A stretch of 56,816 nt of DNA, the filler included, from Perkinsus olseni (Eukaryota), in NCBI GenBank assembly GCA_013115125.1. It is 3 parts of 3 records of this genome, joined end to end, with 100 filler letters (N's around TTAATTAATTAA, not from the genome) between each part and the next. Parts side by side here need not be neighbours in the genome. Positions count along the whole stretch, not along the records: positions 1 to 19,026 come from JABANN010000605.1; 2 more parts are not named here. One strand, written 5' to 3'. The notes below the pieces were generated by a model that made no database searches, was not told where the DNA came from, and saw only the letters and a list, made by a program, of their open reading frames with translations. Of the stretch, positions 1-11,800 are shown one piece after another. Every line of letters starts with the position of its first letter. Positions within the stretch are counted from its first letter, which is position 1. A program made the translations under genes and the position numbers.

Positions 1-37
1 TCAAACACGTAGTATGTGCTGAATTAGACTGATTTTT

Positions 38-589
38 GTGATTTGCATATCGAATTGGAACACCCTGTATATTCATACCGACTTCTTGCAAGCTTCCAGA
101 ACCGGTCTCGAAAACCCCTGGAACGTATGGAAGCCAGATACGATAAAGCGAAAAAGGGACAAGTGCGTTACCATCTGCGTCAACTACGAAGGACTCGAGG
201 TCGCTCTCCGGGAATTCAGCCGAGGGGCATGCACCTCGCACCCCAGCAAGCCAAGCATCATGGGCGTCCCTCCCAGGGCCAGATTCCGGGACTACATGGA
301 TGGACGCCGGGTCATCTATATTGGGGTGAAGATCAAACCAGTCAGTTTGGTACGGAGTTGCGTCACCACACTCCATAGAAAACATACCCAGGCCGGTGTC
401 GTGGTCGGCGAGGAGAACAATTCTAAAGAAGAAGCGCTCGTAGACGAATTCATCAGAACTTTTTTTGATGCCTCGGGGCCTCACGGTTGTGGGGCACCGC
501 GTAGGTTTGGTGGTGCCGCCCTTTCCACAACCATAGGCCAGTACGGCAACAAGATAGACGGAGATGATGAGACGAAGGGCCATTATTAG
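38..589 (+). CDS. ORF of unknown function, possibly a retroelement pol (RNase H-like) remnant
   Basis: 183-codon open frame with non-ATG start; segment FIRTFFDASG...GGAAL loosely resembles the RNase H 'TDAS..G.GAVL' motif; no other support. Confidence 0.2.
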   Translation: MICISNWNTLYIHTDFLQASRTGLENPWNVWKPDTIKRKRDKCVTICVNYEGLEVALREFSRGACTSHPSKPSIMGVPPRARFRDYMDGRRVIYIGVKIKPVSLVRSCVTTLHRKHTQAGVVVGEENNSKEEALVDEFIRTFFDASGPHGCGAPRRFGGAALSTTIGQYGNKIDGDDETKGHY

Positions 590-956
590 TCAATGGACAA
601 CTCCCTGTAAGAGAGGGCCAGCTTTGGTAATGATATCGCCCATTCATGTATCAACACAAGTCCCTGCCTACTGTGCAGACGATGCTACCACTTACTCATT
701 CTAGGGGTTAGGTTAACTCAATAGGTAGAGATGGTATACTGCTAGTACACTGCCTCGTCAGGTATGCTTCTGTTCGTTCAGTAAGAGTTGGTATAAAACG
801 CTTAATTCCCTCAAAATATTATGGTGAGTGCGAAAACCTGCTGCCGTGCCGCTTTGCAATACGTCGGTCCCTTTCTCCTTAGCCCTAGTCTCTGATGATG
901 ACCATCATCCTATCCCATCATTTTCCTCTCATGCTCATCCTTTTCTCTCGCCCTCT

Positions 957-1286
957 CGTGACGTGACGCGTCCAATGAATCAGGTATGTCACGCTATTGA
1001 GTTTTCTTACCTCTTTCCTCAAGTCTCGGACCTAGATTGCCGTCGCCCTCCTCACGCGGAGTTCGTAAGATGACACACTGTCCGCTCGTGTCCTTTTCCA
1101 TGTACTTCCCCTGGCTACATGGCTCGTCAGCAGGGAGCAATGTGACTGTGAATTGACGCCCGACTGCTCAACAGGAGTACTCATGTAGGAAAGTGTGGTA
1201 CTGAGACCGTAACCGCTGTGATAGCTAATAGCAGCTAGCAAGACGCCATCAGCCGCAGCGATGGAGACGAGACGCGTCACGTCACG
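957..1286. repeat. 16-bp perfect inverted repeat pair enclosing ~300 bp (MITE-like)
   Basis: CGTGACGTGACGCGTC at 957-972 and its reverse complement GACGCGTCACGTCACG at 1271-1286; GTGACG/GAGACG hexamers recur nearby; no target-site duplication seen. Confidence 0.4.
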
Positions 1287-1581
1287 TGACGAGACGTACG
1301 GGAGCTAGGCGTGCGCACATAGCCGTGGCGTGCGCGCATACACATCTCACAACAGTGACCCCTGTGCGACCCAGGCGAGCGAGATGGTTTCTCGTCTTTG
1401 ACCGTTCGAACGCGGGTGACGGACGGCGCGTGGGGTCCCTACGGTGGGGGATGAAGAGTTCCATCGAGGACGTACCTACAATCAACAACTCCCGATTTGT
1501 CACTCAATGACGAAAACTGATGTAGGGAAACTTCTGTGTAAGTCTTAGTTAAAACAACTTAGTAAGACTTACTTAGTAAGT

Positions 1582-2895
1582 CTACCACTCCTTTTCCTGC
1601 TTGTCCTTATACATCTTCCCACTCATAGTGGTGTCATACTCACATTCAACTGCCAACCAGCTGATAACCTCGGCGCCTTCTGCCGCTGATCGATCGCCTC
1701 GGTACCTATTGGAGTGATGAGATGCAACTTCACATGCACGGGACGGTCAGTCCAATACATGCCACCCTAGGGACCTGCTCTTACTTCGTCATGTCTGTAG
1801 CGCAGTAACCTGGGGTGCAGCTTGTCACGAGTATCCGCCTCGGGTCCTCCATCGCCTCCCGAGCGAGAGCTTTGGTCCATGCGATGAGTAGGAGCTTCGA
1901 GGATCCATACATGCCATCGGCGAACCCAGCTTCTGCAAGGCGCCCTCCTTTGACTGCTTCGAGATACTCATTCCCAATTTCCATTATCTCTCGGACAGTG
2001 CAGTTCTTCGAAGCTGGTCTGCCCTGTAGGGCCTCTGACACCTGAGCGCTTCGAGCATACAGCGGGCGAGAGGGGGCAACCAACCTGGGAGAGGTTGCCG
2101 AGGCCGCTGCCGACGTTGACCACTCTCCCCTTGCCGGCCATCATCGGCTTCAAAGCCTCCGTCACCTTCATGCAACCGTAGAGGTTCACTTCGATGGTGA
2201 GGCGCGCCTAGCAGGAAACAGGACAAGCTCAGACTCTGTAGGACACTGAGGCTGCTCACTCGATCGAATGAGGGTTTTGAGTCGTCTTCGTCCAACAGCA
2301 CCGCCGCGTTATTGATGAGCGCGTCGATTGATGGCGTTAGCCTGGCAATCTGCAAACGAGACCAACGCACAATTTCCAGTGGAGATTCTCCATTTATCCG
2401 GGCTTTGAACCGCGAGCCGCCGCTGTATCGACTGCTTTTGCCCTACTTGTGACTTCCCTGCCCCGATGGATGCATCGTCAGCCACGTCGAGTTGAACGGC
2501 TGCATACGGTTTGAGAATATCTGAAGCACGCTAGGCGATAGGTAATCATATTGCAATGCACGAATACAACGGCTTGGAGGCACGAAGTACACGATAAGAG
2601 TACACGGTAAGTCCATGAATATCATCAGCCCTGCTGGCCCAATGGATAAGGCGCCACCCTCCTAAGGTGGAGATTCCGGGTTCGATCCCCGGGTAGGGTA
2701 TTATAAAACGAACCATCACCTCTGCGGATCTATCCTGTCATATTCCAATCCTAGTCTACCTGAAGCCGGTTTGAGTCGCTCCTCATCCCTAGCGGTCATA
2801 ATCACCCTAACGCCCTCTCCAATGAGTCTCTTGCAGACCTCAAAACCGATGCCTTTATTGGCCCCTGTGACCACCACCACAGGTGAACGAGACAT
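1582..2895 (-). CDS. Short-chain dehydrogenase/reductase, carbonyl reductase-like (multi-exon)
   Basis: Exon 1 MSRSPVVVVTGANKGIGFEVCKRL (TGxxxGxG); later exons QLDVAD, IDALINNAAV, RVVNVGS, catalytic YGSSK, CTPGYCATDMT; GT-AG introns keep frame; stop TAG at 1582-1584. Confidence 0.9.
2628..2700 (+). tRNA. tRNA-Arg(CCT), inside SDR intron 1 (2521-2759), antisense to host
   Basis: Cloverleaf: acceptor GCCCTGC/GTAGGGT, D-arm with TGG, anticodon stem CCACC/GGTGG with loop CT-CCT-AA, T-arm CCGGG-TTCGATC-CCCGG. Confidence 0.95.
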
Positions 2896-3053
2896 TCAAG
2901 GATATAATTATTCAAAACAGCACAACTGCCGTGGCCGGCCCCACTGGAACTAAAACCGAATCGATCAGCTACGTGTGCCAAAGCCATCGAAGTGCGTCTA
3001 AGAGGACCCTCCCCGACTCCGGAACACAACACTCAAGAGAAACCGATAGACTT

Positions 3054-5748
3054 CTATGCACCAGTAGTTTCATCGGGGACCGCTTGATTCGCATCCCTCG
3101 GCATGTTTTCTAATTTCAGTGGGCTCTGTGGGGCCCTGAGGTTGAGTTCCAGATTGGCCACCTTGTCCTCCATTAACTGGACTCGCTTCTCAATCAACTC
3201 CATCGTCCTCTGAATAACCTGACTCCGCCAGTGCACTCGAGCGAACGGCTCTTCGATACCAGAAGCTGGTCACCGACGGCCTCCATCGCTTTGGGTACAG
3301 CCTCCGTAGTAACACTGCCGAGGTCCAAGGTTCGGCTCATCGCAGCTGATGAGACCACATCGCTCACACCCGCCGTTCCGTACACTACCTGCAGCCTCCG
3401 ATCTGGTGAACGCTACGGGAGCTGGCGAAGTCGCATAGCCCCTTGAAGGACCCTCTGACGGGCGGGGATCTGCGAGCACTGGAGTAGGCGCTCGCATTGG
3501 GAGGACTATGGAGTCCTCGATGTCCCAGATATAGACCTGCCGCACAGTGAGAACGCCCGACATTCTGTAGAAGCGTATGGAAGCGGATCCTGCCGGGAGG
3601 AAAGAAAGTATCTCAAGTCTGCCCTGCCCTGTGCCCGAGCGCTACTTCCTGTGATCAATAAACTTGCCTTAACTCATCCCTATCGAAACAAGATAGATCG
3701 GTGCTACTCTGACTAAGCCGGATTTGGCGTTGGACTTGAAACTCACACACACGTCCGACCCGCCATCGAGCCCGGGGTCTCGGTATACCCTGCCTTCCTC
3801 ACCTGTCCGTCAGCCGAGCCAATAATGAGTTCGTACCGACCATTCACATCTTGACACCATCGGACCTAGCCAAAGGCACCCACCTCCGTTGAAAGGATCA
3901 GGAAAGTTTGCGCAGGTCGAGTAGGACCACGACGAAACCTACGCTATTGACAGGAGGCAGCCGAGCAGCTGCCTCAGCCTTCCCTTGGGCCACACACGCA
4001 ATGCGACGCCCTTCTCGCAGGTCCCAAAGACGGATGTCTCCCTGCCGGCCACCCGAGGCCAGGAGGTGGCCGTTATCGGGACGAAGGGCGATGGAGAGAA
4101 CCGACCCTACCAGGGCAGAAGATTTGGTAGAATTGTGGTATTCTAGCGGACCTCGGTCGTGAGCGGGAGAGTATCTTTGAACTAGCTGCTTCCCGGTCGG
4201 CAACCTTGTGTCCCAGAAGTTGATCGATCCATCGTCACCGGCGGCCCCCACGAGCTGTGGGGTGACCGGCGAGAAGGTAACCGAACGGACGGAGAGGGTA
4301 TTATCGTAGAAACTGAAGACCACAGAGACAGCAAGCCTAGACTGATGATTGGGCTGATGGCTTCTATGAGAGGATGACCACTACGGTGGCAAAGGGAAAG
4401 CTTTCTTCTGGCTGTCAGCAAAGCCAAGCTACGGGCGGCGTGGCAAATTACAAGGAGACACTCAATGCCAATAGATGATCGGCCATGATTCGAGTTCACT
4501 TGTTCTTGCGACCCCAATTAATTCGGTGAAGAGTTCTCGAGCAACTCCCTCAGAGCCCCCGAGTAGGGATCACCAGGCGAAGTTGGTCTTGGTCTCGATA
4601 TCCCATACCCTGACGGTGCGGTCTTCCCCTCCGCTCACAGCTGACGCAGCATCAGCCGAGAAAGCACACGTCAGCACCCAGTTAGAGTGGCCAACGAGAG
4701 AACAGAGAAATCTGATAACACAATGATCTCCTAGTAGCAGCGGAACAAAGTAGTACTTTCGATCCTGCAAGTTGGATGATTTCCTGTCACCACCGACGGG
4801 CATCTTCCACAACTTCACAGTCTTGTCGTCCGAACAGGTTAGCATCAGGTCCTGAGCAACCGATGGGACAGGGCGGAGGCGTCGGGAGTGTATCATTTTA
4901 CCAGGCTTTCGCTCAGCTCGGTTAGTCACTTAATCCATCGAGCATTCGTAGACAATTCAGACGTTTCCATAGGAGGGTAATTCATAGGACATTTTTCACT
5001 CAATTATATACTCTCACACAGGTTGTCCGAGATGAGTCGGTGTTATGCGATTTCCGCGCGCTCCCCTCGGACGGAGAGAGGAGAGCACTACCGTTTGAGT
5101 TCGTGACCAATCGAGATCGCGGATAACTCCTGTATGGCAGCCTTTGTAGACAGCCGAGCTGGCACCATTCGAGCTGGGAGCATTGTACCATAGGCGTATC
5201 TGACCTGACCAGCTCCCGGTTGCAGCTATCATGGCTGGAATGGTCTAGTTGGTTATGACGATCGCCTCACACGCGATAGGTCCCGAGTTCGATTCTCGGT
5301 TCCAGTATCTATCATTTCTCATATTACCTACCGTCTTGTCAACTCCAGCGCTCGCAATCCATCGCCCCGATGCATCCGCCGCCACCGCTGTAACTCTATC
5401 ACTGTGGCCCTCACAACGCAGCGGTCTACAACAACAAAGAGACCGATGACGATAACACAAGCTGCAGCAGCAGTCGCTCCACTGAAGAGTGATGAGCGTT
5501 GACTTGCCACCTGGTGTTGTGTTTGGTACTCCAAATGATGACACTACTATCGCCTCCCGAAGAGGCGTATTGGCTGAAACCTAATCATAGACCGATGACC
5601 ATCTACTGAGGCAGACAGACATACCCGCTCCCCCTGACGGTACCGGTACGGCACGAGTGACCGGCCCTTTATGACCCTTGAAGACTCTTGCTATGGACAA
5701 GCCCGGGTTGATGGGGACTGATGCTGAGCCACAGTCGGCAGCAGACAT
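3054..5748 (-). CDS. POC1: POC1-like centriolar WD40 protein (multi-exon)
   Basis: Series of WD40 repeats (VFKGHKGPVT; CEGHSDRVTAV...AGVDKT/IRLW; LTCSDDKTVKLW; RFLCSLVGHSNWV...GEDRTVRVWD; GDDGSINFWD; GRQGDIRLWDLREG) plus C-terminal coiled coil VIQRTMELIEKRVQLMEDKV typical of POC1. Confidence 0.8.
5234..5307 (+). tRNA. tRNA-Val(CAC), inside POC1 intron (5200-5331), antisense to host
   Basis: Acceptor GCTGGAA/TTCCAGT, anticodon stem ATCGC/GCGAT with loop CT-CAC-AC, T-arm CCGAG-TTCGATT-CTCGG. Confidence 0.95.
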
Positions 5749-6127
5749 TACGATCGGCCACGGTCTGTGATAGGCTACAGAAATTAACCAACGCAACCGA
5801 TGTGGAGTAACTCGTTGCCAGATCCACGACACCTTAGGGGTGGATACCTAGGCGCTGCGACTACATCTGACTCAGCCCCGATTCACGATGCCAGGTTCCC
5901 CCTCTCAACCCTTCGTGGTCGACCGAGATACTCATTAGATCGAGGACGCCAGTACTGTTCAATAGACTAGCATTTCCGAGTCCCAACAGTAACTGTATGA
6001 CCCCACGCCCTCCCAGCAGTCACTTCAACTCAACTCGGTATCCCTATGACCAGTAGCCTGTGACCGTCAAGCCGTCGCTTTCACCGCTGTAGTTGTTATT
6101 AATACTAATAGCATCATCAGCACCACC

Positions 6128-6672
6128 TTAGTCAACCTGAGCCATGGCGACGTCCTTCTCAGTGTAGCTCTTCTTGCCAGAGTCCTTGGAGCGGTTCTTG
6201 CGCTCAAGGAGGGCCTTGCGGTCCTTGTCCATCTTTAGCTTGGTGATGACGACCTTGGAGGGATGGACACCGACGTTGGCGTGGGAGCCGTTGACCTGAA
6301 GAGCGACCATAAAAAATTACCGAGAGCGGACTGACTCATTACCTTGTCGCGGGTAAGGCGCTCGATGTGGATGACGAACTTCTTACGGTAGCAGGCGGTG
6401 ACCTTGCCCTCACGGTCGCTGTAGTGGCCGCGGACAACCATGACCTCATCATCCTTACGGATGGGGACGGACCTGGTGGATGATGATAACCCGAGTAGCT
6501 ACTAGAGGTGTCAGAAACGTCCCTTGTGATGAAATTACCTGACGTTGTACTTGGCCCTCAACTCCTTGGACAGAGGGGCGGACATGATGATCCTCCTCTG
6601 GTCCGAAGGGGCGGTGAAGTGGGCCTTACGGCTCTTACGACGAGAAGACGACACCGCGGGCGAGAACTTCAT
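6128..6672 (-). CDS. RPL26: 60S ribosomal protein L26 (uL24), 3 exons
   Basis: [23 protein letters not shown]...[30 protein letters not shown]...[26 protein letters not shown]; two short GT-AG introns. Confidence 0.97.
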
Positions 6673-7343
6673 GGTAAACAACTACGGCTACTACCAAACA
6701 TTAATCAACTCGGCCTCCATCTTGACCTATTTGGTATCCTGCAAGGTCGACCTCGTAGATATTCACAGCAAGCAACCCACGCATATGATACGTCGAGAGC
6801 ATCGAGCACACTGCTACACCTCGAGTCTGCCCTACTACTGGAAAGACGTCTGCCACACCACCGGGGCCGAAATTGGCAAAGCCAGGGCATCGCGTTGGCG
6901 CGCTGGGATGAAATCGATCACGTGATCGATTATTCCGCGCATCGTGAGAGATGGTGGCAGATGAGCGCGACGAGCCTACCCCGGCCACGAGTGGCAGTCC
7001 GATATGGCATACTTGTGCATTGACATACGCTTCCCGTATTTGTACACTACCCTTGGAAGATGATCTTCCGAAGATCTCGGTGTCGCGCGCCACAAAATTC
7101 ATGCGTCTTTGTGGATTGGTCGGTAGAAGACAACACCGCTACACCCTAGTGAGAGGAGCAATTTTTGATCGTTGCGGCTGCAATGGAGGACACTGTGAAA
7201 TGTCTCACTTCTCCACACTGCCGACAGTCGGATGAGGGAAGGTGAACGGCTCGAAGAAGTTCCGGGGAGGAAGCACACCAACTTGACCCATTTCGTATCT
7301 TGCACGCTCAACCTAAAGATACATTTCAGTTCCTCTGTGCCCC

Positions 7344-8240
7344 ATGTCCTCTCTCCCACCCTTGCCCACTGTGAAGGAGTACAAGCCGACCTCAGACGAT
7401 CTCGCCGAGGCTGTCCAAGTCATCTCACAGGCCGCCGAGGTCCCCGAATTTTGGGCCAAAAAATACGAAAGAGATGCGGTGAAAAATTGGGACCTCTTCT
7501 ACAAGAGAAACAAAACCAACTTCTTCAAAGACCGACACTACCTCGTCACAGAGTTTGGCGAAGTTGCTCGCAGTGACTCATTCCTCGGTTCCAAAGAGAC
7601 GGGGCTGCTGGTGGAAATCGGCTGTGGCGTCGGTAACGCTGTTATCCCTCTAGCGGAGGCCTGCCCGAACCTCTCGATCCTCGCCACTGACTGCAGTAGT
7701 GTCGCGATTGGGCTCCTCGATGAGAGGTTGAAGACAGAAGAGGCCTCGGTGGCCCAGAGGATCTCTACCAGGGTGATCGATGCCACCAGCGCTGAGTTCC
7801 CTCCGAAGGACTTGGTCGGGTCGGCTGACTTTGTGTTGTTGCTCTTTTGCCTGAGTGCGATTTCGGAAGCTCATTACTCGGCCATTGTGGACGGGTGTCG
7901 AAAGATCCTCAAGCCCGGTGGAATAGTGCTGTTCCGAGATTACGGAAAATACGATTTGGCGCAGTTGCGGTTCTCTAAGGACAAGGGAAGAGCAGCGACG
8001 GCATCGCGGCTGCCCGGCGAGGAGGACTTCTACGTTCGCCAGGATGGGACTCGGGCCAAGTTCTTCACCGAGGGATCTTTGGCTGACCTGTGGGAAAGGC
8101 AGGGAGGGTTGGAGAGAGTGGAGCTGCTTACTCACCGAAGATGCGTTGTTAATAGGAAGCAAGGGAAGGAGATGAAGCGAGTGTGGATCCAGGCTAAGTG
8201 GCGAGTTCCTCTTCCCAATGATAGTCACGTTTCTCTGTAG
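7344..8240 (+). CDS. tRNA N3-methylcytidine methyltransferase (METTL2/METTL6/Trm140 family), intronless
   Basis: KNWDLFYKRNKTNFFKDRHYL, EIGCGVGN SAM motif, LFCLSAI, LKPGG.VLFRDYGKYDLAQLRF, YVRQDGTRAKFF, MKRVWIQAK. Confidence 0.93.
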   Translation: MSSLPPLPTVKEYKPTSDDLAEAVQVISQAAEVPEFWAKKYERDAVKNWDLFYKRNKTNFFKDRHYLVTEFGEVARSDSFLGSKETGLLVEIGCGVGNAVIPLAEACPNLSILATDCSSVAIGLLDERLKTEEASVAQRISTRVIDATSAEFPPKDLVGSADFVLLLFCLSAISEAHYSAIVDGCRKILKPGGIVLFRDYGKYDLAQLRFSKDKGRAATASRLPGEEDFYVRQDGTRAKFFTEGSLADLWERQGGLERVELLTHRRCVVNRKQGKEMKRVWIQAKWRVPLPNDSHVSL

Positions 8241-8832
8241 CTCGGTGCTGTTCTCGTTACAGGTGGAAGTGTTAATTACAGCGGTGAGGGGTTTTTTGGG
8301 GATTGGCCCTACCTCAACGATCGGACGATCCACCGGAGTTGCCCCGGCTTCGGCTCTCTTCCCATCTATAGGAGTAGTTCTCCAGGTTAATCGATACAGT
8401 GTCTCTTATCGATGGTCGAGTGTGGGGCGGATGGTCGCCTTGTATTTGAGGGATTCTAGCGGTGGTGGTGGTCAGTGTGTGGTTGTACCGTGATTCTTAG
8501 TATGTTGCATCAAGTTCACGACAGTGGGAAGATTCCTGGCTTCAAATCCCAACTCACTCGTAACTGTAATTTATGGTTTACGAATCGACGTTGTTGGTTA
8601 GAACGCCATGTTGCTGTTATTGATGGTTTGGTTTCTTCATACTGCTCCAAGTGTAACAGACTTTCTGCTGTGATTCGGACGTATCTTAGGTCGACTCACG
8701 GCGATCGCAGAAAGGTCGATTCGGTCGGAGGGGCCACTGCCATGGGAATCTTTCTAGGGTGATACCGTGCGTTCGGGTGTGTCTTATTTCCAGCCGCCGA
8801 CTGCCCTCCGGCCCTGAAGTTCATATTTTTTC

Positions 8833-11800
8833 ATGTCATCTGTGCGGACATCAACGAGAGGCTCATCAGGCCGGCGACTGACTCCAGCGAAGCGGTGCTC
8901 ATCAGCTAGAGATGAAGATATCACTTGGTCTCCTGGGAAGAGGAAGAAATTGGAGACGTCTAAGGGGCCTCCGAGCATGGGGACTGAGAGGGAGGCGCAG
9001 TGTTACTTGAAAAGTAGTCAGAGTGGGGTCACCGCTGCTACGCTGAGCTCAACGCCGAGGATTGTGCGGGTGGCGAGGCTGCGGGAGAGAGTTAGAAGTA
9101 ACGGTAGTCAGCTGGGGGATGACGACGGACTCGCGGCGAAGGAGGAGCAGGAGTTGATGAGGAATATCAGGCCTTGTGCAACGCAGATGGACACCTTCGA
9201 TCGGGAGGAGGAACTGGAGCTGTTGGAGGCAGCTGAGATGATAGAGGCGGGGGAGATGAGCATGGGGCAACAGTCAGGGGGCAGCTCGTGGAGTAGCAGT
9301 TGCCAAAGGAGTGGTATGAATCAATTCCCGACGCAAGTGCAAGCGTCGTCAATGCCGGTGCGTGAGAATCAATTTAATGCTGTCAATGTTATTCGGAGCC
9401 CTCCTCCATTGACTGTGAGGGATGGCCTATCTTCGTCATCACCTCCGAGTGCTCCATTACGGAAGCCGGCGAGACCTTCGGGAGAGAAGAAGCTGATCCC
9501 CGGAACACAAGTTAATGACGATTGGAGTGACATCGAGCTTGATGACCTAGAGGCGGCTTGCACTCAGGTGAGAGTTGGTGGAGATCTGGTAGTGAATGTT
9601 GCTTCCCTTTGCCGCTTCCCGTGCTAGGTTGAGTGTGCAGTAGCAGCATTGAAGGATCCAGCAGCGGAAACTGCTAAGGGAGTTGATTATGATGACGACT
9701 TTGGATCATTGGTTTCGGAGGACCTTCTAGCTGCGATGGAGGAGATCGAGGCTGCGGCAGAGCGAGCAGCAGGTGAGGGCTGGTGGCTGCGGGGTGGGAG
9801 GGCCTCGAGTAAGTTTGCGCAATTGCAGAGGGAGCTCTTTGGCTTTAAGTGGTGGGGATTCGTTCGAAAGAGATGGGCTTGCGGGACAAGGTTGAGAAAA
9901 ATCGCGAAAATAATTCCGCCGCCGGGAATTGAACCCGGGTCTCCCGCGTGACAGGCGGGAATACTCACCACTATACTACAGCGGATCTGTTTTTGTAGGT
10001 GTTCATTTCAAGTAGTGCAGTCGAGCCACCCCCAGGTACCGATGAGCAACCCCCGTGGGGCAAATGGGCGAAGCACATCGAGAGCCGCTTGAGCAGCGAA
10101 AAGCCTCAGATCAACTCACCGGCTCACGAAGTGAGTCAATTGTGGTAACAGCGTTGGTCCGAGGTGGTAGGACGATCAATGCTGCTAACGCTGAATGAAG
10201 CCAATATTCACCATCTCTCCTCACGCCCTCGTTCAGGTTCACTTGACTCTTGAGAATGGTAAAGCGGTGGTCCTGAAAGGTCCTTGGTACTGGTTCTGGC
10301 AAGGTCACTGCAATAAGCTCGTGCTCGCTGGGGATCCGGTGAACCTAGTGTTGGCGGATGAGAAGGACGCCGAGGCTCCTGTGGTCATCTGCGGGGAGAC
10401 CGGCAACTTCCTCATATTTCACCCGTCTATTCTCCTGTCCGGGACGACGGTCTCGAACGCTCTGCCTTGCCACAGAAAGACGCTGCTGCAATACCTTCTT
10501 AGTGATGTTGGTTACGGAGCGCAGAATAACATCTACGCAACAGTCGGCAACGCTGTTCACGCGATACTGCAAAGTTCTCTGATGTTCGGTCGAGGTCGAC
10601 TGGATGAGGGATACGTCCGTCAGGCTATCGAGGAGTCTAAGATGGATTTGTGGTTCAGTGGATTCAGTAATGCCTCCGTACTGGAGCGCCACGTGCGGGA
10701 AAGAGTACCGCAAATAGCCAAGTGGCTGAGTGAAGTAATACCTGCGAAATTTAGTCGAATGATTGCGGCTGAGCAAAACGTCCACTGCCAAAAATTTGGA
10801 CTGAAGGGGAAGATCGATGCCGTGATGGAGCTGACTGGAGGGCAGGGGAAGGCCTGTCTCGAGATCAAGACGGGGAAGCCTTGGCACACTCATATGGGGC
10901 AAGTGATGCTGTATCATCTCCTCATGATGGACCTGTACGGGGAGGAGGCAGTGAAGGGCGGTCTGCTGGAGGTTGGGTATTTCAATGGGAATAGAAATCA
11001 GAGGGGGCCTCCGGGAGGAGCTCCACCGTCCGCCGAGGTCAGCGAGGTAGGCTTTCGAGTTCAGTTGACAAAGGAGTGGTATGAAGCTCTATATTTCCGT
11101 CGAGAAAATTCTAATTTGGTCCGAGTTAGCCGTACTCGTGATAGTAATTTCCCCATACCATAACTTTCGTACTCCTGGAGCCACGTCAACAATGCTTCCA
11201 GTTCTCATTACCGATCAACAGGAGAGATGGGCAGAACTGCGCTTCCCACTACGGAACGGTCCGGCTCACTTACACTGATCGTTAGCCTGGCAAGTACTGT
11301 TGATTCAGTCATGCTACTATCTGTTTTTCACTTAGAAGTTCTTCCGTGTACCTCCCCCCTCTCCGCCCATCAGTAGCCCCCTCCCCTGCTATCCATATTA
11401 GGTAACCCCCAACCCTACTGAGCTCGATAATCTGGTTTGTGTCCGAAATACATTGGCGTTGCATCTAGCGCGGAAAACTCTACCGCCTCCCATCGGCTCC
11501 AAGTGGGAGTGTGAGAGGTAGTAGGGGCGTGGGAACTGGTAGATAATATTTTTTTCGAGCGGAATTGTATTTCCACCATGCTGTTGGTGAGAATTCCTAC
11601 TCTGATTTTTAACGCTACATTTTCAATAAGGTTCCATGCGAAGTTGTGTTATCCTGTTGATCAAAGGACCTCTTTGCTTCTGCTATTAATAACATGTTGA
11701 TCATGCATTGCGATCATTGCTGATGCTAAGGCGAAATAACCGGAGGGAAAAGCTATCGCTTTACCTTTGGTTTTTATGTGTGTCTTTTGGAGGTGGGCGA

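Noticed and set aside
6478-6542. ATGATGA ... CTGA C/D-box-like pattern at RPL26 intron 1
   Set aside because: It is on the strand opposite the host and the D box overlaps the exon; no terminal stem or recognisable rRNA guide
9829-9849. Apparent in-frame TAA in DNA2 exon 3 (recoding or pseudogene)
   Set aside because: Using the acceptor TTTAAG ending at 9849 instead of 9828 keeps the frame and removes the stop
10237-10971. Cas4/RecB-like nuclease motifs suggesting a CRISPR-associated gene
   Set aside because: This is the nuclease domain of DNA2; downstream exons supply the SF1B helicase, and there is no array or other cas gene
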